The position numbers and the translations under genes were made by a program. The notes beneath the pieces are model-generated. The model was not told the DNA's origin. It made no database searches and was given only the letters and a program-made list of their open reading frames with translations. A stretch of 64,000 nt of DNA. Origin: Alphaproteobacteria bacterium UBA3864 (lineage in GTDB: Bacteria; Pseudomonadota; Alphaproteobacteria; CAAGCB01; CAG-977). The stretch lies in NCBI GenBank assembly GCA_002393065.1, contig DGGW01000004.1, positions 16,461 through 80,460 of the forward strand, given 5' to 3'. This document shows positions 45,744 to 55,602 of this stretch, piece by piece (position 1 is the first letter of the stretch; each line of letters begins with the position of its first letter).

Positions 45744-46667
45744 TTATATCCTGACTTCGTCCAGTTTGACGATCGCCTGCTTGATGGCGTCTTCTTCTTC
45801 GGGCGAAAGGGAATCCGTCATGCTTTGACGAACGCCTTTGCCGGTCAGAACGCACGGCAGACTGACACAAGGACCGGTAAAGCCCAATTCGCCTTTCAGC
45901 GGACGGGTCAACGGAACGATCGCCGTCTGATTGTTCAGAACGACGGAAGCCAGATACGCCGTGCATCCGGCGATACCGTAATGCGTGCGGCCTTTGCCTT
46001 TGATGATTTCGGCGCCCATGCCGGCAACGCGTTTCGCGATGGCTTCCTTATCCGCGTCGGTCATCGTCAGTCCGTTTTCCGCCAGATACGTTTTAAGCGG
46101 CAGTCCTTTTATTTCAACGGAACTCCACAACAAAACCTGTCCCGCGCCGTGTTCGCCCGCGACCATCGCCCAAACGGCTTTTTCAGGCAACTTCAAAAAG
46201 TCGGCCAGCACATACGTAAAACGGGCGGCGTCAAGCATACAACCGGTTCCGAAAACATGACCGTCCGTTTCATTCAGCCTTTCCGCAATAATGCGCGTCA
46301 TCACGTCAACGGGATTGGATACGACGATAACGGGCGCTTTGGCCTTATTTGCTTTCAGGCAATCGGCGACGCTGATCGCGATTTTCGAATTTTTACCGAT
46401 CAGGTCGAGACGGCTTTCATCGGCTTTACGGTTGAATCCCGCGGTAACGATGATCAGATCGCTGTCGCCCGTATCCGCCCAGTTGCCGGCGAAAACACGG
46501 GTCGGACTGATAAAGGAAAAGCCCGGACGGATATCGGCGGCTTCCGCTTTAACGGCGGTTTCGTTGATATCTATCAAAGCGATTTCTTCGGCGATTTCCG
46601 TCAACATCAGCGAATAAGCGATGCTTGATCCGACGAATCCAGTTCCTATGACAGAAATTTTACTCAT
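45744..46667 (-). CDS. L-lactate/malate dehydrogenase-family 2-hydroxyacid dehydrogenase (LDH-like)
   Basis: N-terminus MSKISVIGTGFVGSS and catalytic region GEHG...; 307 aa. Confidence 0.75.
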   Translation of the reverse strand: MSKISVIGTGFVGSSIAYSLMLTEIAEEIALIDINETAVKAEAADIRPGFSFISPTRVFAGNWADTGDSDLIIVTAGFNRKADESRLDLIGKNSKIAISVADCLKANKAKAPVIVVSNPVDVMTRIIAERLNETDGHVFGTGCMLDAARFTYVLADFLKLPEKAVWAMVAGEHGAGQVLLWSSVEIKGLPLKTYLAENGLTMTDADKEAIAKRVAGMGAEIIKGKGRTHYGIAGCTAYLASVVLNNQTAIVPLTRPLKGELGFTGPCVSLPCVLTGKGVRQSMTDSLSPEEEDAIKQAIVKLDEVRI

Positions 46668-46697
46668 GCTTTCTCCCCATTTCAGTATGTAGAATTC

Positions 46698-47708
46698 TTA
46701 TTGACCGGAAATGACATCGTCGTTTTTATCGAACGAATCGTCAAAAACGACATCGCCGACATCGTCCTTTTCCATTTGGATGACATCGTCCGTAACCGCG
46801 TCGCTGCCGATAATCGTATCTTCGGAAACGGCCGGCTTTTCAGGTTCCGCATGATTGTTTCCCAAACGTCCGATGATGAAATCGAGCTCTTCAAGCGAAG
46901 CATACGAAACGACCAACTCCCCGCCTTTGGCTTTGGGACGGATGGAAACTTTCAATTCGAGCATTTGCGACAATTCGTTGGCCAAAAATTCCCATTCGTC
47001 GTTTTTCTTGTTCGTTTTATCGACGGATTTCTTTTGCTTCTTTTCGGGAATGCCTTTTTGGGCAAGCTTTTCCGTTTGACGGACGCTCAATCCTTTTGAA
47101 ACGACTTCTTCGGCCAAAGCGACGGGATCTTTTGCCGTCAGCAACGCGCGGGCGTGGCCGCCGGTCAGTTTTCCGCTTTCCAACAATTCTTTGACGGGTT
47201 GCGGAAGGCCGAGCAATCGCATCGTGTTCGCGACATGACTGCGACTTTTTCCGACAGCCTGCGCCAGTTCTTCCTGCGTATTGGCAAATTCCTCCATCAG
47301 ACGGCGGTAGCCTTCGGCTTCTTCCAAAGCGTTCAAATCCTGCCGCTGCAGGTTTTCGATCAAAGCGACTTCCAGAGCTTCCTTGTCCGAAAAGTCTTTG
47401 ATCAAAACGGGAACTTCCGTCAATCCCGCCGCCTGCGCCGCGCGCCAACGCCGTTCGCCGCCGATGATTTCGTATTTTTCGGCTTCGTTCGGAATCCTGC
47501 GAACGATCAAAGGCTGTAAAATCCCTTTGACTTTAACGGATTCGATCAAGTCCCGAATAGCGTCTTCGTTAAAAACCCGTCGAGGCTGAAACCGACTGGG
47601 TTCCAAGTCGGAAACGGGCAAAGACGAAACGGATCCCGTCGATCTGTTCGTATTTTCTTCTTCGGCGCCGAGCAACATGCTTAAACCGCGACCCAAACCT
47701 TTACTCAT
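46698..47708 (-). CDS. parB: chromosome partitioning protein ParB with an acidic C-terminal extension
   Basis: ParB box GERRWRAA, HTH, dimerisation domain, plus an extra ~40-aa Asp/Val-rich tail. Confidence 0.9.
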   Translation of the reverse strand: MSKGLGRGLSMLLGAEEENTNRSTGSVSSLPVSDLEPSRFQPRRVFNEDAIRDLIESVKVKGILQPLIVRRIPNEAEKYEIIGGERRWRAAQAAGLTEVPVLIKDFSDKEALEVALIENLQRQDLNALEEAEGYRRLMEEFANTQEELAQAVGKSRSHVANTMRLLGLPQPVKELLESGKLTGGHARALLTAKDPVALAEEVVSKGLSVRQTEKLAQKGIPEKKQKKSVDKTNKKNDEWEFLANELSQMLELKVSIRPKAKGGELVVSYASLEELDFIIGRLGNNHAEPEKPAVSEDTIIGSDAVTDDVIQMEKDDVGDVVFDDSFDKNDDVISGQ

Positions 47709-48493
47709 TTTTTCACCTCTTGTTTTAATATTTCCGCCGCCAAACCTATATAAGCCTGCGATCCTCTGCTTTTGAAATCGTACAGCAAAATCGGTTTGCC
47801 GTGCGACGGCGCTTCGGAAACGCGAACGTTTCTGGGAATGACGGTTTTATAAACCTTGTCCCCGAAATAGCTTCGCACGTCTTGGGCAACGACCTCGGAA
47901 AGCCCCGTCCGGCCGTCATACATCGTCAAAACCAGCCCTTGAATGATCAAATCGTGATTGAAATTCCTGTGCACCAGTTCGACCGTTTTCATCAGATCGG
48001 CCAGACCTTCCAGCGCCAGATATTCGCATTGGACGGGAATCATGACGCCGCGGGCCGCGACAAGAGCGTTGACTGTCAGCATCCCGACGGAAGGCGGACA
48101 ATCTATAAAAATGTAATCATATGCCAGCGATTCCTGATCGAAAGCTTTTTTCAGATAAAACTGCGGATTCTTTTTTTGCGCCAGTTCGAAATCGACACCG
48201 GCCAGATCCTTTGACGCCGCGATAACGGACAAGTTCGGAATCTTCGTCCAAATGATGGCGGACGAAATCGTCGCGTCACCCATCATAACATCGTAAGCGT
48301 TTCTGGCGGCCTTGACCCGGCTGACGCCCAGACTGACCGTCGCGTTTCCCTGCGGATCCAGATCGATCAGCAAAACTTTTCGCCCGGCCGCCGCCAAAGC
48401 GGTCGCCACATTAATTGCCGTCGTCGTTTTGCCGACACCGCCTTTCTGATTCGAAACGGCGATGATGTACGGTTTTTTATTCAGGACATTCAT
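47705..48493 (-). CDS. parA: chromosome partitioning ATPase ParA (Soj)
   Basis: Deviant Walker A KGGVGKTT; 262 aa. Confidence 0.9.
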   Translation of the reverse strand: MNVLNKKPYIIAVSNQKGGVGKTTTAINVATALAAAGRKVLLIDLDPQGNATVSLGVSRVKAARNAYDVMMGDATISSAIIWTKIPNLSVIAASKDLAGVDFELAQKKNPQFYLKKAFDQESLAYDYIFIDCPPSVGMLTVNALVAARGVMIPVQCEYLALEGLADLMKTVELVHRNFNHDLIIQGLVLTMYDGRTGLSEVVAQDVRSYFGDKVYKTVIPRNVRVSEAPSHGKPILLYDFKSRGSQAYIGLAAEILKQEVKK

Positions 48494-49110
48494 TTCTTAC
48501 GAACCTCCGCCATACATAAAATACGGCCTTCTTCACTGGTCTGACTTTGAACCTTTTTAAGGTCAAAATCAAATTTTTTCAAACACGTTTTAATTTCTTC
48601 CTCGGCTTTTTTCCCTTTCATGAACAAACAACGGGTATGTTTATCCGTAAACGGCAAAGCGTAAGCCGTCAATTTATCAAGCGAAGCCAACGCTCGCGCC
48701 GTGATGACATCGACTTTGAAAGGCGTCATTTTTTCGATTCTGCCGTTATGAACGATAATATTGTCAGCCCCGCACTTCAAGGCGGCCTCTTTCAAAAAAT
48801 CACTTTTACGCCCTTCGCTTTCCGTTAAATGGAAAATCTTGTCCGGATTCATCAGCGCCAGAACGAAAGCCGGAAAACCGGCGCCGCTTCCAAAATCCAA
48901 AATCGTTTTATCCGTTGTCTTCAACAAACCGGACAACTGCGCCGAATCCAAAACATGACGCGTCCATATCACCGGTAACGTCGAATCGGCGATCAAATTC
49001 ATAACGGACTGGGTTTGTTCAAGAAAAGAAATATAAACATCCAATTTGCCGACGACATCCTCGGACAAATTCAAACGCTTCAAAACCGTTTCGCGTTCAT
49101 CGGAAATCAC
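48490..49110 (-). CDS. rsmG: 16S rRNA (guanine527-N7)-methyltransferase
   Basis: 206 aa. SAM motif DFGSGAGFP; rsmG-parA-parB joined by ATGA overlaps. Confidence 0.9.
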   Translation of the reverse strand: MISDERETVLKRLNLSEDVVGKLDVYISFLEQTQSVMNLIADSTLPVIWTRHVLDSAQLSGLLKTTDKTILDFGSGAGFPAFVLALMNPDKIFHLTESEGRKSDFLKEAALKCGADNIIVHNGRIEKMTPFKVDVITARALASLDKLTAYALPFTDKHTRCLFMKGKKAEEEIKTCLKKFDFDLKKVQSQTSEEGRILCMAEVRKK

Positions 49111-49205
49111 AATGCAAACTCCTTAAACCGATTTCTTAAGAAACCGTTACGGCTAAAATAGCTTGCTTAAGGGGATAGGACAAGAAAAATTTTACATTTT
49201 CAAAA

Positions 49206-49221
49206 TGTTTCACGTGAAACA
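49206..49221. promoter_or_regulatory. parS centromere site TGTTTCACGTGAAACA (perfect match)
   Basis: Canonical 16-bp ParB-binding palindrome, 96 bp upstream of the rsmG start in the rsmG-hslU spacer. Confidence 0.85.
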
Positions 49222-49319
49222 TAAAACAGAATATAAAGAAAACAGACAGATAGCTCCGCTAAAACAAAAACGGCGACAGAATCCCGACGCCGTTGAAAAT
49301 AAGAAAGCTAAACAAAACG

Positions 49320-50624
49320 TTACAAAATAAACTTCGACAAATCTGTACGCTTCGACAATTTGCCGACCTTTTCGCGAACGTCTTGCGCCGTAATCACTTT
49401 TGATTCACCACTTTTGTCCGGTGCTTCAAAACTGATGTCTTCCAACAGCTTTTCCAATATCGTATGCAACCGCCGCGCGCCGATGTTTTCAACGGATTCG
49501 TTGATTTCCGTGCACAAAGAAGCGATTTCCTTCAAAGCGTCGTCGTCGAAATCCAGATCAAAGTTTTCCGTTTTCAGCAACGCCTTGTACTGCAGAATCA
49601 AATTATTCTCCGGTTCGGTTAAGATTCGGTAAAAATCCTCTTGTTTCAATGAATCCAATTCGACGCGGATAGGCAAACGTCCCTGCAGTTCCGGCAATAA
49701 ATCCGACGGTTTCGATACATGGAAAGCGCCGGAAGCGATAAAGAGAATGTGATCCGTTTTAACGGCGCCTCGTTTTGTCTGAACGGTCGTCCCTTCGATC
49801 AAAGGCAACAAATCGCGCTGAACGCCTTCGCGGGAAATGTCCGGTCCACGGCTTTCGCTACGCCCGCAAATTTTGTCAAATTCGTCGATAAAAACGATGC
49901 CGTTGTTTTCAACGGATTCAATGGCGGCTTTAACGACTTTTTCGTCGTCGATCAGATTATCGCTTTCTTCGGTGATCAGGATATCGTACGAATCCGCCAC
50001 CGTCATTTTCTTTTTCTTGAACGAAACCATCTTGCCGCCGAGCAGATCGCTCAAAGAAAACATCCCCATCTGCGCGCCGGGCATTCCCGGAACGTCAAAC
50101 GTCGGCATGGCATTGTTTTTATTATCGCGAATGTCGATTTCTATTTCCCTGTTCGCCAGAGAACCGTTCCGCAACATTTCCTTAAATTTGGCGCGTGTTT
50201 CGTCGGACGCCTTTTCGCCGACCAAAGCATCAAGGACGCGTTCTTCGGCACGGGCTTCCGCTTTGACGCGAACTTCCTTGCGCATGGCTTGGCGCGTCAT
50301 GTTGATCGACGTTTCCAGCAAATCGCGAATGATGCTTTCGACGTCGCGGCCGACATAGCCGATTTCGGTGAACTTCGTCGCTTCGACTTTGATGAAAGGG
50401 GCTTGTGCCAGTTTTGCCAGCCGACGGGCGATCTCCGTTTTGCCGACGCCGGTCGGTCCGATCATCAGGATATTTTTAGGAACGATCTCTTCGCGTAAAA
50501 AAGGCGAAAGCTGCTGACGCCGCCACCGGTTGCGCAAAGCGATGGCAACGGCGCGCTTGGCATCGGTTTGACCGATAATGTAGCGATCCAATTCGGAAAC
50601 GATTTCTCTGGGTGAAAAAGTCAT
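49320..50624 (-). CDS. hslU: ATP-dependent protease ATPase subunit HslU
   Basis: Walker A GPTGVGKT; 434 aa. Confidence 0.9.
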   Translation of the reverse strand: MTFSPREIVSELDRYIIGQTDAKRAVAIALRNRWRRQQLSPFLREEIVPKNILMIGPTGVGKTEIARRLAKLAQAPFIKVEATKFTEIGYVGRDVESIIRDLLETSINMTRQAMRKEVRVKAEARAEERVLDALVGEKASDETRAKFKEMLRNGSLANREIEIDIRDNKNNAMPTFDVPGMPGAQMGMFSLSDLLGGKMVSFKKKKMTVADSYDILITEESDNLIDDEKVVKAAIESVENNGIVFIDEFDKICGRSESRGPDISREGVQRDLLPLIEGTTVQTKRGAVKTDHILFIASGAFHVSKPSDLLPELQGRLPIRVELDSLKQEDFYRILTEPENNLILQYKALLKTENFDLDFDDDALKEIASLCTEINESVENIGARRLHTILEKLLEDISFEAPDKSGESKVITAQDVREKVGKLSKRTDLSKFIL

Positions 50625-51151
50625 AGTTTTTCCATAATGATGTTATGATTGGTGTAAATGCAGATATCGGCGGCGATCGTCATCGCTTTCATCGCGATCT
50701 GTTCGGCCGTCAGATCGGAATCCGCCAAAGCCAAAGCGGCGGCCTGCGCGAACGACCCGCCCGAACCGATGCCGACGATGCCGTTTTGAGGTTCCAAAAC
50801 GTCGCCGTTTCCCGTCAGGACAAGAATCGTTTCCTTGTCGGCAACAATCATCATCGCTTCAAGCTTTCTTAAATACCGATCCGTTCTCCAGTCTTTGGCG
50901 AGTTCGACGCAGGCGCGGGTCAGCTGTCCCGAATGCTTTTCGATTTTTTCTTCCAGCCGTTCGCACAGCGTAAAGGCATCCGCCGTCGCACCGGCAAATC
51001 CGGTTACGATGTCGCCCTTTCCCAAACGGCGAAGTTTTTTAGCATTGCTTTTCAAAACGGTATTGCCAAACGTCACCTGACCGTCGCCGGCCATGACGAC
51101 ATCGCCGTCTTTGCGCACGCAAAGGATTGTCGTCCCTCTTAAATCGTCCAT
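50621..51151 (-). CDS. hslV: ATP-dependent protease subunit HslV (with short N-terminal propeptide)
   Basis: Mature N-terminus [10 protein letters not shown] is preceded by MDDLRG, as in alphaproteobacterial HslV. Confidence 0.9.
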   Translation of the reverse strand: MDDLRGTTILCVRKDGDVVMAGDGQVTFGNTVLKSNAKKLRRLGKGDIVTGFAGATADAFTLCERLEEKIEKHSGQLTRACVELAKDWRTDRYLRKLEAMMIVADKETILVLTGNGDVLEPQNGIVGIGSGGSFAQAAALALADSDLTAEQIAMKAMTIAADICIYTNHNIIMEKL

Positions 51152-51264
51152 GTCAAAACCTCCTTTTCCGATTCGGCTTTGAAAAGATTTTGACGGAACA
51201 AAAGTTAAAAATCAATGCGTTCTTCCGAATAAAAACTCCCTTCGGTTGACGAAGGGAGCTTTTA

Positions 51265-51840
51265 TCACCAGTTGTTCATTTTCAATTCGTAATAAGCCTT
51301 GGCGTGCAAACATGCCGGACACATTTCCGGCGGTTCTTCGCCGACATAGGTGTAACCGCAGTTCCGGCATTGCCACACGGTTTCTTTGTTTCGTTTGAAA
51401 ACGCGGCCTTCTTTGATGTTTTCGGCCAAATCAAGATAGCGCTGTTCGTGATTTCTTTCGGCGACGATGATCGCACGGAAAGCGGCGGCAACTTCGGGAT
51501 ATCCTTCTTCGTCCGCCGTTTTTGCAAAAGAAGGATATAAGTCTTCGGCTTCGTGATGTTCGCCGGCGGCGGCTTCCGTCAGATTATCAAGCGTCGTGCC
51601 GATAACGCCGGCCGGATAAGTCCCTTCGATAACGCATTCGCCGCCTTCCAGAAATTTAAAAAAACGTTCGGCGTGTTCTTTTTCCTGATCGGCCGTTAAT
51701 CTGAAAATGTCGGCGATCTGTTCGTATCCTTCCTTTTTCGCCTGCGACGCCCAAAAAGTGTAGCGCATTCTGGCCTGGCCTTCGCCGGCGAAAGCGGCCA
51801 TTAAATTCTTTTCCGTTTGAGAACCTTTGATACACTTCAT
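51265..51840 (-). CDS. rubrerythrin (ferritin-like di-iron domain plus C-terminal rubredoxin-like CxxC...CxxC)
   Basis: Motifs EGQARMRY, EKEHAE, EHHEAE and C-terminal CRNCGY...CPAC. Confidence 0.85.
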   Translation of the reverse strand: MKCIKGSQTEKNLMAAFAGEGQARMRYTFWASQAKKEGYEQIADIFRLTADQEKEHAERFFKFLEGGECVIEGTYPAGVIGTTLDNLTEAAAGEHHEAEDLYPSFAKTADEEGYPEVAAAFRAIIVAERNHEQRYLDLAENIKEGRVFKRNKETVWQCRNCGYTYVGEEPPEMCPACLHAKAYYELKMNNW

Positions 51841-51949
51841 TTTTTTTCCTTTCAGTTTGATAAAAAAAATTTAGAGGAAAGGAAAAAAAAGTAAATCGCG
51901 TCTTACGGATAAAAAAATCCTCTTTAAGTTTTAAAGAGGATTTTTGTTT

Positions 51950-53203
51950 TTAAGAGTTCATCGCTTCAAAGAAATCGTGGTTGTTTTTTGACTGTTTGAG
52001 TTTTTCCATCAAAAATTCCATTGCGTCCGCCGGTCCCATCGGCATCAGGATACGACGCAATACCCACATTTTCGATTGAGTGTTCTTATCGACAAGCAAT
52101 TCTTCCTTGCGCGTTCCCGAACGGGTGATGTCGATCGCGGGGAAGATGCGTTTATCGGACACTTTGCGGTCAAGAATGATTTCCGAATTGCCCGTTCCTT
52201 TGAATTCTTCAAAAATAACTTCGTCCATACGGGAACCGGTGTCGATCAGGGCGGTCGCGATAATGGTCAGGGAACCGCCTTCCTCGATATTGCGGGCGGC
52301 GCCGAAAAAGCGTTTCGGTTTTTGAAGAGCGTTGGCGTCGACGCCGCCGGTCAGCACCTTTCCGGAGCTGGGAACGACCGTATTGTAAGCGCGTGCCAAA
52401 CGCGTGATCGAATCGAGCAGAATGACGACGTCGCGCTTGTGTTCGACAAGGCGTTTCGCTTTTTCGATGACCATTTCGGCGACCTGAACGTGACGGGCCG
52501 CCGGTTCGTCAAACGTCGAGCTGATGACTTCGCCTTTGATCGACCGGCTCATTTCCGTAACTTCTTCGGGGCGTTCGTCGATCAACAGGACAATCAGGTA
52601 CATTTCAGGATTGTTCTGCGTAATGGCGTGAGCGATGTTCTGCAACATGACGGTTTTACCGGTTCTGGGCGGCGCGACGATCATGCCGCGCTGTCCTTTG
52701 CCTTGCGGACAAATCAGGTCGATGATGCGGGACGTCATGTTTTTGCTGTCGACATCGCCTTCCATTTTGATTTTTTCCGTCGGATGAAGCGGCGTCAGGT
52801 TGTCGAAATTGATACGATAACGGACCGATTCGGGATCGCAGAAGTTGATTTTCAACACCTTCGTCAAAGAAAAATAACGTTCGCCGTCCTTCGGGGCGCG
52901 GATTTCCCCTTCGACGGTATCGCCGGTTCTTAAACCGAATTTTTTGATTTGGCTGGGCGAAACGTAAATATCATCGGAACCGGCCAGATAGTTTGCCTGC
53001 GGAGAACGCAGAAAACCGAATCCGTCCTGCATGACCTCTATGACGCCTTCATCAATGAGTATTTCGTCGTTTTTGGCCAGTTGTTTCAAAACGGCGAACG
53101 TCAGATCTTGCGTCCGCAACATGGATGCGTTTTCGATACCTTGTTCTTCGGCTAAATTCAACAATTCGGCAGGGGATTTTTTCTTTAATTCTTTTAAATG
53201 CAT
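51950..53203 (-). CDS. rho: transcription termination factor Rho
   Basis: Start MHLKELKK at 53203. Motifs GFGFLR, Walker [10 protein letters not shown] and R loops. The longer ORF start is unlikely. Confidence 0.9.
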   Translation of the reverse strand: MHLKELKKKSPAELLNLAEEQGIENASMLRTQDLTFAVLKQLAKNDEILIDEGVIEVMQDGFGFLRSPQANYLAGSDDIYVSPSQIKKFGLRTGDTVEGEIRAPKDGERYFSLTKVLKINFCDPESVRYRINFDNLTPLHPTEKIKMEGDVDSKNMTSRIIDLICPQGKGQRGMIVAPPRTGKTVMLQNIAHAITQNNPEMYLIVLLIDERPEEVTEMSRSIKGEVISSTFDEPAARHVQVAEMVIEKAKRLVEHKRDVVILLDSITRLARAYNTVVPSSGKVLTGGVDANALQKPKRFFGAARNIEEGGSLTIIATALIDTGSRMDEVIFEEFKGTGNSEIILDRKVSDKRIFPAIDITRSGTRKEELLVDKNTQSKMWVLRRILMPMGPADAMEFLMEKLKQSKNNHDFFEAMNS

Positions 53204-53642
53204 GGAAACCGCACTATAATATTTATCGTAAGAGGGGGAGAAAACGGCATCAGAACCGTGCCGCACGATTTTTTGTATGCTTAAAAAGCATCGGCGTCAA
53301 GCACAAAGAGTTTTCCCTTCTAAAAATATAAATATTAAAAAGATGATGTTTGATATTATTCCCTGTTGATAAGTATGACGCAATATTATCAACACTTTTT
53401 GCACATAAGGAGTCAAAAGCTTTTTATTCTTTCCGACGATGTTGACAATCGGGAACGACTCCGTCAAAACGGGCGGAAAACCTTTGTCTGTGAATAAGTT
53501 TGATAACTTTTTATCCCTTTTTTGACCGGTTTGAGCAAAAAAATCTGTTCAGAGTACATAAAAAAGAGGACTTTTGTTCGCAAAAGGGATAAAAAGGAAA
53601 CAGGCGCTTTTTTATCATACTTATACACAAGGAGGGCTAAAC
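53204..53642. other. candidate chromosomal replication origin (oriC) or extended rho leader: AT-rich divergent rho/maf spacer with DnaA-box-like 9-mers
   Basis: TTATCAACA at 53386-53394 (+) and 53364-53372 (-); TTATTCACA at 53489-53497 (-). Coding-strand bias switches here; parS sites lie nearby. Confidence 0.45.
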
Positions 53643-54233
53643 ATGTTGATATTGGCTTCGCAAAGCAAAAGCAGACAGGAAATGCTTGACGCCGCAGGTG
53701 TTGAGTTCACGGTCGTTTCCGCCGGTATTGACGAAGACGCCGTCCGCGACCGTTCCCGCGCCGAAGGGGATACGTCCAAAGAAGCGAGCATGAAACTGGC
53801 TTTGGCCAAAGCGATGGCCGTTTCCGAACAGTATCCGGAAGCGTACGTCATCGGCGCGGATCAGATCCTTGATCTGAACGGGGAATGGTTCAGCAAACCC
53901 GAAAATTTAAGTATGGCGCACAAGCATTTGAAAAAATTGCGTAATAAGAGCCATTTGCTGGTCAACGGCATCGCGGTCGTCAAAAATAAAAAGGTGATTT
54001 GGTGCGACAACAGCGTCGTTAAAGTGACGATGCGCGATTTTTCGGACAATTTCCTGGACGATTATCTGGCCGAAGCGGGGGAGGAAGTTTGCGAATCCGT
54101 CGGTGCTTATTATCTTGAGGATTTAGGTGCTCAACTGGTCAAATCGATCGACGGCGATTTCTTTTCCGTTCTCGGGTTGCCGCTTTTGCCGTTGCTTGAC
54201 TGTCTGCGTTCGTGCGGAGAGCTTCAAAAATGA
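53643..54233 (+). CDS. maf: Maf-like nucleoside-triphosphate pyrophosphatase
   Basis: Start MLILASQSKSRQEML after an AAGGAGGG RBS; Maf signature. Confidence 0.85.
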   Translation: MLILASQSKSRQEMLDAAGVEFTVVSAGIDEDAVRDRSRAEGDTSKEASMKLALAKAMAVSEQYPEAYVIGADQILDLNGEWFSKPENLSMAHKHLKKLRNKSHLLVNGIAVVKNKKVIWCDNSVVKVTMRDFSDNFLDDYLAEAGEEVCESVGAYYLEDLGAQLVKSIDGDFFSVLGLPLLPLLDCLRSCGELQK

Positions 54234-55027
54234 AAAAAGCCGGAGTCGTCGGAAATCCGGTCGCCCATTCAAAATCGCCGCTGATCCATTCGTACTGGCT
54301 TAAAAAGTACGAAATAGAGGCTTCGTATGAAAAAATCAAAGCGGATGATATCGCTTCGTTTATAAAAAACGCCGGAGAATACACGGGTTTTAACGTTACC
54401 GTTCCTTTTAAAACGGATATAATGCCGTTTATGGACGTTTTGTCGGATCAGGCAAAAAAAGCCGGCGCCGTCAATACGGTCGTCGTTCGTTCGGACGGTT
54501 CCTTTTACGGTCATAATACGGACGGAGCGGGATTCGTCGCCAACGTAAAAAGGGCTGATCCTTCTTTTAATATTAAAGAGTCTGTCGTCGTCATACTCGG
54601 GACCGGCGGTGCGGCCCGCGGTGTTTGTGCGGCCCTGACGGAAGCCAAAGAGGTCAGACTTGTTTACAGAACTCTTGAAAAGGCCGAAAAAATAAAGGAA
54701 TCCGTCGGTGAAAACATTGTTTTGATTCCGTGGGCGGATAAAGAGGACGTTTTATCCGATGCCGATTTGCTGGCCAACGCTACGACTCTGGGCATGAACG
54801 GATTTGATCCGCTTAAAATAGATTTGACGCCTTTGAAAAAAACGGCCGTTGTTTCTGATCTTGTTTACGCCCCTTTGAAAACGGATTTGCTGAAACAGGC
54901 CGAAAAGAAAGGTTTTATAACGGCCGACGGATTGGGAATGCTGCTTGAACAGGCCAGACCCGCCTTTAAGGAATGGTTCGGCGTTTTTCCGGAAATCACT
55001 GACGAATTAAGGGCTTTGGTCTTATGA
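54230..55027 (+). CDS. aroE: shikimate dehydrogenase
   Basis: Start MKKAGVVGNPVAHSKSPLIH (ATGA overlap with maf); motif ILGTGGAARG. Confidence 0.85.
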   Translation: MKKAGVVGNPVAHSKSPLIHSYWLKKYEIEASYEKIKADDIASFIKNAGEYTGFNVTVPFKTDIMPFMDVLSDQAKKAGAVNTVVVRSDGSFYGHNTDGAGFVANVKRADPSFNIKESVVVILGTGGAARGVCAALTEAKEVRLVYRTLEKAEKIKESVGENIVLIPWADKEDVLSDADLLANATTLGMNGFDPLKIDLTPLKKTAVVSDLVYAPLKTDLLKQAEKKGFITADGLGMLLEQARPAFKEWFGVFPEITDELRALVL

Positions 55028-55602
55028 TCATAGGATTGACGGGCGAAATGGGCGCCGGAAAATCAACGGCCGCGCAAATGTTAAGAAAAACGGGATTGCC
55101 CGTTTTTGACGCCGACGAGCAAGTTCATCTTTTAATGAAAAATAACAAAGAGTTAAAAGATATATTTAAGGAAAAATTTAAAGAATCCGTCACCGAAAAC
55201 GGAATCGACAGGACCGTTTTGAGCCGTTTAATCAGCGAAGGAAAAACGACTCCGGAAATCATTGAAAAACTGATTTATCCTTTTTTGATCAAAGAGTTGG
55301 ATAAATTTCTTGATTTGAACGATCCCGCCGTTCTGGACGTTCCCCTTTTATTTGAAGCGGGATGGGACAAATACTGCGATAAAATCGTTTTTCTGACGGC
55401 GTCGCCCGAAACACTGCGTCAAAGGGTTTTCGCCCGTTCGGGAATGACGGAAGAAAAATATAAAGCTTTGAGTGCCCGTTTTTGGAATACGGATTTGAAA
55501 AAAAGTAAATCCGATTATATCATTTTTACCGATGAAGGACTTGAACCCGTTGAAAGACGGCTGATCGAAATAAGGAACGAGTTATGCGCGAAATCGTTTT
55601 AG
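55024..55602 (+). CDS. coaE: dephospho-CoA kinase
   Basis: P-loop GLTGEMGAGKST; ATGA overlap with aroE. Confidence 0.85.
   Translation: MIIGLTGEMGAGKSTAAQMLRKTGLPVFDADEQVHLLMKNNKELKDIFKEKFKESVTENGIDRTVLSRLISEGKTTPEIIEKLIYPFLIKELDKFLDLNDPAVLDVPLLFEAGWDKYCDKIVFLTASPETLRQRVFARSGMTEEKYKALSARFWNTDLKKSKSDYIIFTDEGLEPVERRLIEIRNELCAKSF

Noticed and set aside
45825-46628. 267-aa plus-strand ORF antisense to the LDH-like gene
   Set aside because: The minus frame gives an NAD-binding GxGxxG motif and the LDH catalytic region; the plus frame is low-complexity.
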